From a virus, in the IMG/VR virus record IMGVR_UViG_3300005466_000024, positions 32,001-96,000 of that record: 64,000 nt of DNA. One strand, 5' to 3'. Position numbers and translations under genes: made by a program. Below the pieces are notes generated by a model. That model saw only the letters and a list, made by a program, of their open reading frames with translations, did no database searches and was not told the origin of the DNA. Shown in pieces: positions 56,176 to 64,000 of the stretch (position 1 is its first letter; every line of letters starts with the position of its first letter).

Positions 56176-56694
56176 CTAATATGGTCGGGCGGCGATCCGA
56201 TACGGCTGGAACGGGGTGTCGGCCCGCACGTAGAGCGGGTGTTTCGGTGAACCGTCGGCGTTCACTCCGAGGCAGATCGGATTGATGGGATCGGGCCAGT
56301 CGTGGGCCAGTGCCGCGAGCGCCTTGTGGGAACCCCACGCCACCAGCGTCATCGAACCGACGGGTCGGCTCAGGTAGTTGTCGTTCAACGGTCCGAATGG
56401 ATCGGGATCGGCCAGCAGTGCCGCAGGATTCGTTGCGCGCAGCGCGAATCGGTTCGTGACCCGGATGGATCCATACCCCCATCGCCGGGCGAATCCGGGC
56501 CGCTTTCCGGTGCCGACGAGGCGCCCGATTGTCGGGTCATCGACTAATCCGTCCGCTTTGGAGGGGTTGAGCATCTGCACTTCCAGGACGGGTAGCTGCG
56601 CATCCCAGGTGCGGATCAGCTCGTATCGGTACCGTCCACATTCGCTGATCACCGCAGATCGAACCATATCGTCCACGATGGGCGCGGGTCTCAC
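56176..56694 (-). CDS. DUF1643-family protein
   Basis: SECGRYRYEL.R.W, MLNPSKAD...DDPTI, N.FA.RATNP, LVAWG, GSPKHPLY. Confidence 0.8.
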   Translation of the reverse strand: MRPAPIVDDMVRSAVISECGRYRYELIRTWDAQLPVLEVQMLNPSKADGLVDDPTIGRLVGTGKRPGFARRWGYGSIRVTNRFALRATNPAALLADPDPFGPLNDNYLSRPVGSMTLVAWGSHKALAALAHDWPDPINPICLGVNADGSPKHPLYVRADTPFQPYRIAARPY

Positions 56695-58958
56695 CCCTTG
56701 AGTTCCTTCAGCACGTCGTACCCCCTGCCATCCGGAGACCGGCGCACGAGTGCGTCGTATCCCAATCCCGACTCTTCATCGGGCATCACGAACGCATCGT
56801 ACGGCCCCGCCTCGGCCCGCGGCCGGATCGACACGGCTCCCGACGGGTCACCGCCCACCAGGTCTGGGACCGTCCTGGTGTTCTCGTGTGGCCCGTACCG
56901 TTCGCCGAACTCCGGATCACGGTTGCGGAAGTGCTCGCCCTCGTCCAGGGCGTTCTCCCCGGCCATCCGCTGCGGCCATTGTTCGGCCTGGGTCTCGATG
57001 CGGCGCGTCACACCCTTTCCCGTTAGGCATCGTCGGGTTCTCCAAGCCGCACAGCGCCATAGTTCCAGTTCTGCGAATCGGCGGCGACCGGTTCGGGTAG
57101 CCGCTTCCAGCGGTTCGGATTCTCCAACGCCAGCGCGATGGCCATGTCGGCGTTCGCCGCGTAGACCTCTTGGGTCAGTGCTGTCTTCGGGGTTGCGGTG
57201 ACCAGATATTTCATCGTGTTGCTCCTGTGGTGTGTGCCGATCACGTTCGGGCGTTCGGGCAGCCCGCAGCATGGAACCGATCACTACTGAGCGCATCGGC
57301 TCCACAGCAAGTCCATCGACCCGTTTCGGGATCCCACTGCGGCGCATCGAGAGAGGTCCCTGGCGGATGCGCGACCCATGGCGCCACCCGCGTTCCAGGC
57401 ATCGGCCAGTGCGCGTAGATCTTCATCACGTCCCCCAGGACGCGCAGGCGTAGAAATATCCGGCCCAGAATTGGGCACTGCTTTTCTGCTCCGGGCTCAA
57501 TTGCGGCAGGGCATCGATGTCCTTCCGTGCCCGCTCCACGTCCCTGCGGTCCGCGGGGTCGAACCGAACCAGCTCCTCCTCGGTGTGCCGGTGGAACAGG
57601 ATGACCTCGTCCCCGATCTGCTGCATGAGCCACGTGCCATCGGGCGGTAGTTGTGCCATCAGCGGTAGTCCCCCGTCATGGTGGTGGTCATGACTCACCT
57701 TCCGCTTGCTCCATTGCGTACCGCTTGAGATCGGCTACGTTCTCCGCCCACTCGACGTTCGGCAGGTCGCTCCCGATTTCCTCGGGTTCGATCTTCACGT
57801 CACCATCGTCGCGATGACCGGTGTAGGACACCATGGGCCGGTCAACCCACTGCCTGCCGACCACCATCCGATCACAGGTCACCGGTCGATACCGTTTGTG
57901 CTGCGCCAACCGGTCCTTGTGGGCGGTCAGGCATTCGTCGCACACGTTGAGGACCAGTTCCTCACCATCGAGACTGTCCCAGAACGTCGACCCATACGCC
58001 CCATAGGTGCGAAATTCGGTGCCATCGGCGGGCTGGTTCTCCACAGCGGAGAACACATTGCTCAGCGTCGTGCCGCACACGAAGCAGGGTAGGAGGGCAT
58101 CTCGACTCATGGTTGTTCCTCGGTCAGTGTCAGCATGCCGGGATCGGTGGCCTTGGCGTGGTGACCACCGGCATAGAGCACGAACACCCAGGGGCCGCGT
58201 ACCGCGGTGATCACCCCGGTTTCGGCGCTGCCGCCCGCCGGCCGGTAGACAACCGGCTTGTCCAGATTGTTTCGTGCCTGTTCGATCGTCATGAGTGCAC
58301 CTCGTCGCAGTCGATCTGGCAGCTGTTCTTGGCCATCACCAGGGTGTGTCGGACGCCATCGCGCCACTCAATGCGCCTCGGTGGTGTCGACCCGATCTGG
58401 GGCCAACCCCTCGCGACGAAGTGCATCGACCAGGTGCCCTCCCAGCGATCGACGGTGTAGCGCCCGCCGCCGGGGGCGGCGGCGCTGTGACTGGTCCTGC
58501 CGACCTGACGCCACCGCAGGCGCTTCATCGTGCGCTGCGCTCCCTCATCGATGGTCACGATGGCCTTCTTCCGTGAGTGCCGCGACCTGGCGTTTGGCCT
58601 CGGCCACCACAGTCTCGGCTTTGCGCTGGTCCTCGGCGTAGGTGTCGACGCCCATGTGTCCGGTTTCCTGCAACCGGCGCAGCTGCAGCTCCTCGGTGAC
58701 CAGGTCGCGATAGGTGTCCCACCCATCGCAATGACCACCGAAACCCAGGTGTGCCAGTGGATCACCGCCATCGGCCAGCCAGCAGTCCCCGAACCGCGGG
58801 TCGATCTCCTGGTAGCAGGCACGGCAAGCGATGCAATCGGCGCACCCCTTGGCCGAGGCGGCACAGCATGTGGTGAGTGGGTTGATGACGGTCTCGCCAT
58901 TGGGGTAGGTCTCGAGGTGCAGCGCGACGGGTGCCTCGGCGTTGATGATGGTCATCAC
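56691..58958 (-). CDS. Cluster of small hypothetical genes (56691..57011, 57023..57214, 57241..57429, 57426..57698, 57688..58110, 58107..58292, 58289..58558, 58545..58958)
   Basis: Chain of coupled short ORFs typical of phage accessory regions; some starts are uncertain. Confidence 0.55.
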
Positions 58959-59542
58959 AGATCCCGGTCTATTTCGATGCCTGCCGGTGCCGTCTTGCGC
59001 GTGCGGTCGAGTGCCGCCAGCCGCGCCAGCTTGCGGTCCCTTTCTCGGGCCCGGAACGCTGTCTGGCCCTCGCTCTCGATCTGTGCGTGACCGTAGTAGT
59101 TCACGTCGTAGTAGTCGGTCAGCGAGTCGCTGCCGTCGTGGTTGTAGGCGGCGTGGATCTCTGCCAGTACCTTCTCGATGCGCCGACCCTCGGCGGTGAG
59201 CACCCGGTGGGTGTTGTCATGACTGCCGGGGTGCGTCTCGGTGTGGACGTAGTTGGGGCACGCCTGCGCTGTCCTGCTGCCGTCGGGGTAGGCGGTTTCG
59301 GTGCCGGGCACGGTGCCGTCGCACTCCTGCCACAGCCCCTGCAGGTCGCGGGCCTCGATGTTGATGGACCGGCCACCGGCATAGTTCTGCACCCGCACGC
59401 TGTAGTTGCCGGCGCGGCCGGGTAGTTTGCCCTCACCGATCGCGGTCTTGATGTCGCGGCGCATCAGTTTGGCGATGTCGGCCGCCGACACGTACGCGCC
59501 TCCCAGTTCCCCGTAGCGGCTTCCGTATGTGCGTGTGGTCAT
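58955..59542 (-). CDS. LPD29-like (large polyvalent protein-associated) domain protein
   Basis: YSVRVQNYAGGRSINI...YNHDGSDSLTDYYDVNYY; CAGGAG RBS. Confidence 0.7.
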   Translation of the reverse strand: MTTRTYGSRYGELGGAYVSAADIAKLMRRDIKTAIGEGKLPGRAGNYSVRVQNYAGGRSINIEARDLQGLWQECDGTVPGTETAYPDGSRTAQACPNYVHTETHPGSHDNTHRVLTAEGRRIEKVLAEIHAAYNHDGSDSLTDYYDVNYYGHAQIESEGQTAFRARERDRKLARLAALDRTRKTAPAGIEIDRDL

Positions 59543-59590
59543 CTCGTACTCCTGCCCTGGTGGTCTCCACCCGTCCAACGCTATATCACC

Positions 59591-59619
59591 ACTATATATT
59601 CCTGGACGTAGTAGGTCCA
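59591..59619 (-). promoter_or_regulatory. SigA-type promoter with overlapping inverted repeat
   Basis: TGGACC-N17-TATAGT; TGGAC-N7-GTCCA palindrome at 59603-59619. Confidence 0.55.
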
Positions 59620-59673
59620 CTGTAGCGACCATGACCGACGGCCTCGTGGGGTCGAGGTTTCGCCCAGCCGGAC

Positions 59674-59913
59674 CTAGTACCGGAACCCGTCTGCGCGGCC
59701 CACGGACGCCCACAGTTCGGCCAGCTCGTTCTCCTGGGACGGCAGCAGTCCCAGTGCACCCATCAGATCCCGGGCGTCGGCAACCCGCTCGGCGTGGGTG
59801 TCCCCGACCGCGTAGGCGCAGACCAGGCGCCGCACACTGGCCCGCTGCAGATCCGTCAACGGGGTCGGCACGAAGTCATCGACCTCGGCGATCTGGTTGC
59901 GCGAATCACGCAT
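59674..59913 (-). CDS. Hypothetical protein
   Basis: Coupled to the terminase stop; GAGGA RBS. Confidence 0.55.
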   Translation of the reverse strand: MRDSRNQIAEVDDFVPTPLTDLQRASVRRLVCAYAVGDTHAERVADARDLMGALGLLPSQENELAELWASVGRADGFRY

Positions 59914-62105
59914 CAGCGTCCTCCCCTGATCATGTGGTCGATACCGCGCCGACCCTGGGACGTCTCCCGCATCTTGATCGAGGACGCCCGTGAGGGCATG
60001 TAGGTGTCGCGGCCGTTTCCGTAGAGCGCGGCCAGCTTACGACGGCCCTCCGCGCCCGGTAGCCGCTCAGCCTCCCGGCCGCTCTTGAGCGCGGCCACGT
60101 TGCTCGAGCCGGTGGTCAGCGCTACCCGCCCGGTGTTGCCGAACCGTTCCAGTGCGTCGTGCAACAGGTCGGCCACCACCACACAGAACGCATCCGCGAG
60201 ATCCTTCGTCGTCACCGGCCCGATCTCCTGTTTGACGATGCGCCCGTTGCGGTCCTGCAGGAACCGCAGCTCCATCTCCAGCAGGGAGCCACCGTCCTCG
60301 TAGTAGGTGTCGCGGAAGCTGCTGACCCACCCCAGGTTCAGCGCCGACTTCACCCTCTCGAACCGGACGAAGTTCTCCCGCTCGGTGAACGTCGCCTCGG
60401 CAACCCGGATCGAGGGGGAGAACTTCTCCCGCAGCGCGTGGATGGCTCCTACCGAGTTCCACTGGTCGAAGCTCATCTTCGTCGTGGAGGGGAATGCGGT
60501 GAGGATGGCCTCGATGTCTCGCTGCACCCACATGTAGTTGATGGTGGGCACCCCGGTTTCGGGGTCGGGCGGGAAGTCCTGGGGCTTCCACACCCGCATC
60601 ATGTCGATCACGCAGTGCGGCCGGATCACACCGCGAGGGCCGGCGTCGCTGCAGGCGTGCGTGGTGTCCTCGCCGTAGGGCACCATGTGCCCGCACACGT
60701 CGCAGGGGGCGTTCTCCAGGTGCCCGACGCACAGCGCGAAGTTGGCGCCGGTCTTGCCGGGGTCGGCGTGGATGCGGTACTTGCGGTACAGGTAGCCGCG
60801 GCCCTGGGATTCGAGGCTACCCAGCCAGTCCGGCGGGGTGAACAGTCGGTCGACCACGCCGGGCTCGAGGTAGGCCCCTTCGACCTCTGCCCACTGGGCG
60901 GCCCGTTCCACCTGGAATTTCTCTGGGTTACGTAGTTTGCGACGTTGCTGGCTTTCGTGCTCGGGGCCGGGCTGGATGGGGCGTTTCTTGTGGATGCCGA
61001 TCAGCTCCACGCCGCGTTCCCAGTCCAGGTACAGCCCCCAGCTGGGCAGCTGCACGATCAGCATGGTGGGGTTGGCGTCGATCTCCACGGCTTCACCGGC
61101 TGCCACCGACAGTGCGGTCAGTTCGTGGCGGGCCCGCTCACCGATGCCCTCGCCGTCCTCGTGGTAGGCCGACATCAGCACGCTGCCCTCTTGGTAGAGG
61201 CTGTAGGCCTTGCCCGCCTTGCGGTAGGGGGAGGTGGGGATGTAGGTCAGCGCATCGAGGTCGAACTGGTCCAGACTGGGGTGGGCGTCCTCGTAGATTT
61301 CGTCGCCGCTCTTCACGCTTCCCGTGCCAAATACCATGTGCGCGAATTCGTCGAGGAACAGCCCGAAGGCGGTGGCGCCGCGGAAGGCCGGCGCCGAGGC
61401 CGACAGTGCCTGAACGACCAGAGTGGCCACGGAGTGTTCGACCGACACCCCGGCCGCCTCCAGTTCACCGATGCGTCGGATGTCGGCCGGGGTGCGGATC
61501 GTCAGGATGTGGTCCTTGGATTCGGCGATGGCCGACTGCAGGTATTTGCAGCGCTCCACCATGGACCGGATATCGGCGAACAGTTGCTGTTTGGCCTGAG
61601 TTTGGCTGGTGGCGCCGACGTTGAGGTAGCCGTCCTTGCCGGGGTCGACACCGTAGTAGGCCTGCCAGTCGTCCAGTGAGTAGAAGTAGGCCGCCTGTTC
61701 ACAGCCCAGGAGGCCACCGTTGAGGCCCTTGGAGCCTCGTCGACCGCCGACGAACTGGATGTGCGGGAATCGGCGCGCACCGCGGGCCTTGAGGTAGGCG
61801 ATGCGCTCCCAGATGTCGGGTTGCACCCCGAACACGTCGCGTCGGCGTTTGAAACCCTGCCGCCATTCCTCGATGACATCGATGTCGTAGGCGGTCATCT
61901 GGTCGGTTTCGAGGAATATCAGCCGCAGCAGGGTGATCTGACGCGGGTACAGTGCCACCCCGCAGAAGCTGGGGTGGCACGCGAAGTCCTTGATGGAGTC
62001 CCAGGGTGCGGGGCGAACAGCGGTGGCCGCGGCGCGCAGCGTCGCGATCGGATCGAATTCCTGCTGGAGGAGAGCCAACTGTTGGCGGGGGTAAAAAGCA
62101 CACAT
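59913..62105 (-). CDS. terL: Terminase large subunit
   Basis: Walker A GGRRGSKG, Walker B FLDEFAH, nuclease motifs IHADPG, FDQWNS and KDLADA. Confidence 0.9.
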   Translation of the reverse strand: MCAFYPRQQLALLQQEFDPIATLRAAATAVRPAPWDSIKDFACHPSFCGVALYPRQITLLRLIFLETDQMTAYDIDVIEEWRQGFKRRRDVFGVQPDIWERIAYLKARGARRFPHIQFVGGRRGSKGLNGGLLGCEQAAYFYSLDDWQAYYGVDPGKDGYLNVGATSQTQAKQQLFADIRSMVERCKYLQSAIAESKDHILTIRTPADIRRIGELEAAGVSVEHSVATLVVQALSASAPAFRGATAFGLFLDEFAHMVFGTGSVKSGDEIYEDAHPSLDQFDLDALTYIPTSPYRKAGKAYSLYQEGSVLMSAYHEDGEGIGERARHELTALSVAAGEAVEIDANPTMLIVQLPSWGLYLDWERGVELIGIHKKRPIQPGPEHESQQRRKLRNPEKFQVERAAQWAEVEGAYLEPGVVDRLFTPPDWLGSLESQGRGYLYRKYRIHADPGKTGANFALCVGHLENAPCDVCGHMVPYGEDTTHACSDAGPRGVIRPHCVIDMMRVWKPQDFPPDPETGVPTINYMWVQRDIEAILTAFPSTTKMSFDQWNSVGAIHALREKFSPSIRVAEATFTERENFVRFERVKSALNLGWVSSFRDTYYEDGGSLLEMELRFLQDRNGRIVKQEIGPVTTKDLADAFCVVVADLLHDALERFGNTGRVALTTGSSNVAALKSGREAERLPGAEGRRKLAALYGNGRDTYMPSRASSIKMRETSQGRRGIDHMIRGGR

Positions 62106-62120
62106 CAGAGGCTCTTTTCC

Positions 62121-62501
62121 CTACCCACCCGCTCCCGCCGGACCGATGAGTGTGTCCGGCGTGGTTGGGGGTCCACCGGCCCCAGGGCCGAATATCGTGG
62201 TGCCCGGCGGGGTCGAAGTGTCGCCGAACGCTTCCCGACCGTACTGGTCCGGGCCGCCGGATCCGGCCCACGGGTCCTTGGCGGGACCGGTCAGGGTGGT
62301 GTAGGCGGTTTCGCTGGGGAACGGGGTGTCGGGGACGTGGGAGAACGGGGGATCACCGGGCATGCCGACGTTCGTGCCGACCGCACCGGCATCGATGCCC
62401 TTGGTGTCGGTGCAGGTCGGGTCGCCGGGGGCGCATTCGGCTTCTCGGATCCACTCGTACCAGACGGCGACCCGTTCGTGTGCGGTCAGGATGCGTCTCA
62501 C
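62121..62501 (-). CDS. Pro/Gly-rich small protein with RRILT..ERVAVW N-terminus
   Basis: GTG 62501 overlaps the upstream TGA; reads VRRILTAHERVAVWYEW. Confidence 0.65.
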   Translation of the reverse strand: MRRILTAHERVAVWYEWIREAECAPGDPTCTDTKGIDAGAVGTNVGMPGDPPFSHVPDTPFPSETAYTTLTGPAKDPWAGSGGPDQYGREAFGDTSTPPGTTIFGPGAGGPPTTPDTLIGPAGAGG

Positions 62502-63679
62502 GCGTACTCCGGCTTGCGCTTGTCGCGGTTGCGGACCAGGTCTTTGCCCAGTGGGGGCACCGGGTAGTCGCCCCCGCCGGGGGTCATCTCCCGGGATTGG
62601 TTGATCCAGTGGTACAGGTCGCGGGCCATCAGCCATTCGTCCCGACTGCCGTATTCCTGCGGCTGCGGCCCGGACGGTGGGGTGATGAAGTCGCTTGGGT
62701 CGTACCAGTGCGCGGCTTCGCGCAGCCCGGTGACGGCGTAATCCACGAGCATCGACGTGCGGGTCGGGCGGTGGTAGCCCGGCGCAGACACTGGGTGTGG
62801 GTCGGGCAGCCGGGGGTCGTCGGATTCCTTGGAGTAGTCGGGCAGCGGGAACTTCAGCGGGCCGGGTTCGGCTTGGCGCGGTTCCTGGTAGGGCTTGCCG
62901 GGGTGGCGGCGATCCCAGGTGTCGTGTTTCTGCTGCTCCTTGGCTCTGTCGAGGTCGTTCTTGAACTTCAGCCAGATGGTGGCCTGCATGTGGGCCGGGG
63001 AGATGCCACGTTCGGCGGCGGCCTTGCGTACGACGTCGGCGTAGGCCTCGTAGCCGGCGGGTTGGCCTCCGCGCTGCCAGCCCAGCGGGGCCAGGGATGG
63101 ACCGGCCTTGGCGAATTCGCCGCCGTGGGGGCTGTTGAGTGCGCGAGCCATGTGGGTGTCGATGGTGACTGCGTTGTCGTCGCCCATGAAGTTGCGGTAG
63201 AAGTTGTTGACCTTGGGGCCGGTGCCCAGTTCGGTGAGCACGCCGTCGGGATGGGCGTCGTGGATGCGCATGGCGCGCAGGATGTTCTCGCCCAGCCCGC
63301 TCATCCCGGTGCCGGTTTGCCGCCCCGGCTGCCTGGGATCGTCGCGCAGCCATTGCTGTTTCTGGGCGGGATCGTAGTTGAGCAGGAAATGTGCCCCGGT
63401 GGACAGGTTGGTGTCCCAGTCCTGGCGCGGCGACAGCGCGGCCATGATGGCCGCGCTGCGCGAGTAGTCCCTGTTGGTGGCCCCGGACAGGTTGTGCAGC
63501 CATTCCCGGGCCGCGGGGTACCACTGTCGGCCACCTTCGCGTTCCTCGTCGGTGGCGTTGTCCCAGTGCGACAGGGCGTTGTGGTACAGCGCCGGGGTGT
63601 CGATGAGATCCTCGACCGGGACGGCGGCCTCCTCGTACCAGACCGCTACCCGCTCGTAGGACGTCAGGATGCGCCTCAT
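62498..63679 (-). CDS. HhH/glycosylase-like (DUF7178-type) domain protein with RRILT..ERVAVW N-terminus
   Basis: WYPAAR, AALSPRQDW.TN, GPKVNNFYRN, AVTIDTHM, Y..YADVVRKAA...G.SP..MQATIW. Confidence 0.55.
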   Translation of the reverse strand: MRRILTSYERVAVWYEEAAVPVEDLIDTPALYHNALSHWDNATDEEREGGRQWYPAAREWLHNLSGATNRDYSRSAAIMAALSPRQDWDTNLSTGAHFLLNYDPAQKQQWLRDDPRQPGRQTGTGMSGLGENILRAMRIHDAHPDGVLTELGTGPKVNNFYRNFMGDDNAVTIDTHMARALNSPHGGEFAKAGPSLAPLGWQRGGQPAGYEAYADVVRKAAAERGISPAHMQATIWLKFKNDLDRAKEQQKHDTWDRRHPGKPYQEPRQAEPGPLKFPLPDYSKESDDPRLPDPHPVSAPGYHRPTRTSMLVDYAVTGLREAAHWYDPSDFITPPSGPQPQEYGSRDEWLMARDLYHWINQSREMTPGGGDYPVPPLGKDLVRNRDKRKPEYA

Positions 63680-63843
63680 CACGACCTCGTCTCGGTCTTG
63701 TCCGACAGGTTGCCGGTCCAGGACGTTCCGCATTGGCAGACGTGTACGTGGTGCGCGGTCTTTGCGGGATAGGCGCAGACGCACCAGTGGCCGTCGAGGG
63801 CATGTCCCCCGCCGGCTCGGCAGCGGTGTCGGGTGGTTTTCAT
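63679..63843 (-). CDS. Small Cys/His-rich protein
   Basis: MKTTRHRCRAGGGHALDGHWCVC...HVHVCQCG; coupled on both sides. Confidence 0.5.
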   Translation of the reverse strand: MKTTRHRCRAGGGHALDGHWCVCAYPAKTAHHVHVCQCGTSWTGNLSDKTETRS

Positions 63844-64000
63844 GTCAGCGGCGCGAACGGTGAGCCGGACTGGGGTGTTCTCTTCGGTACGGTTCTGGCC
63901 TCGATGGCCACGTTCAGCGGCACCTTGGCCAGTACCTTGGTGGCCAGCACGGCGTCGGCCTGGCGGTCGGGCCAGCGGCCGGGATCCTTCAGCGCGGAGG
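63840..64000 (-). CDS. 3' end of a gene entering from the right edge
   Basis: Open frame ...SALKDPGRWPDRQADAVL...PFAPLT* coupled to the next ATG. Confidence 0.5.
   Translation of the reverse strand, partial: SALKDPGRWPDRQADAVLATKVLAKVPLNVAIEARTVPKRTPQSGSPFAPLT

Larger units (their letters stand above)
1..64000 (-). mobile_element. Contractile-tailed actinophage/prophage structural region, Bxz1-like (cluster C-related)
   Basis: Terminase, portal, protease, major capsid, sheath, tube, tape measure, baseplate hub and LysA/LysB/holin are all co-oriented. The MCP sequence is recognisably Bxz1-type. No host housekeeping genes are present. Confidence 0.9.

Noticed and set aside
59913-62105. Possible intein in the long terminase
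   Set aside because: No C/S start, HN-C/S/T end or LAGLIDADG motifs seen; only a short Cys-rich insertion near 60660-60720.
1-64000. Hundreds of long overlapping ORFs in the six-frame track (e.g. + strand 1389..2909, 12535..14817, 37869..40658; - strand 20779..23499, 6431..8320)
   Set aside because: Shadow frames caused by high GC. They are Arg/Pro/Gly-rich, lack motifs and overlap well-supported genes.

Overview
The whole window is the virion-assembly half of a GC-rich actinobacteriophage (or prophage) with a contractile tail. Its major capsid protein closely resembles those of Bxz1-like (mycobacteriophage cluster C-related) myoviruses. Almost all real genes are on the minus strand. In transcription order (right to left) they are: small genes, terminase, an early-type accessory block (LPD29, DUF1643), lysis cassette (LysA, LysB, holin), large internal head protein, portal, an AraC/Xis-like/2H island, a SWIM+LysM head protein, protease-scaffold, decoration protein, major capsid, an Lsr2 island, neck/adaptor genes, a long repeat fibre, glycan-modifying enzymes, sheath, tube, tail chaperones, tape measure, baseplate hub and a second fibre. 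No integrase, tRNA or CRISPR array was seen. The most notable observations are four. (1) A family of proteins shares an N-terminal M/V-RRILTxxERVAVW peptide fused to different cargo (two ADP-ribosyltransferase-like domains, a glycosylase-like domain); one low-GC domain is bracketed in frame by 20-bp repeats of the motif, suggesting a swappable capsid-delivered effector system. (2) A second candidate programmed -1 frameshift (CCCAAAA plus a 9-bp GC hairpin) lies in a head-region gene. (3) A putative virion glycan-decoration set comprises a pyruvyltransferase-GT2 fusion, two GT paralogues, a sugar O-methyltransferase and a Thr-rich repeat fibre. (4) A recurrent AAAGGG motif occurs where minus-strand late transcription would need to restart. 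All functional calls come from reading motifs by eye; no searches were run.
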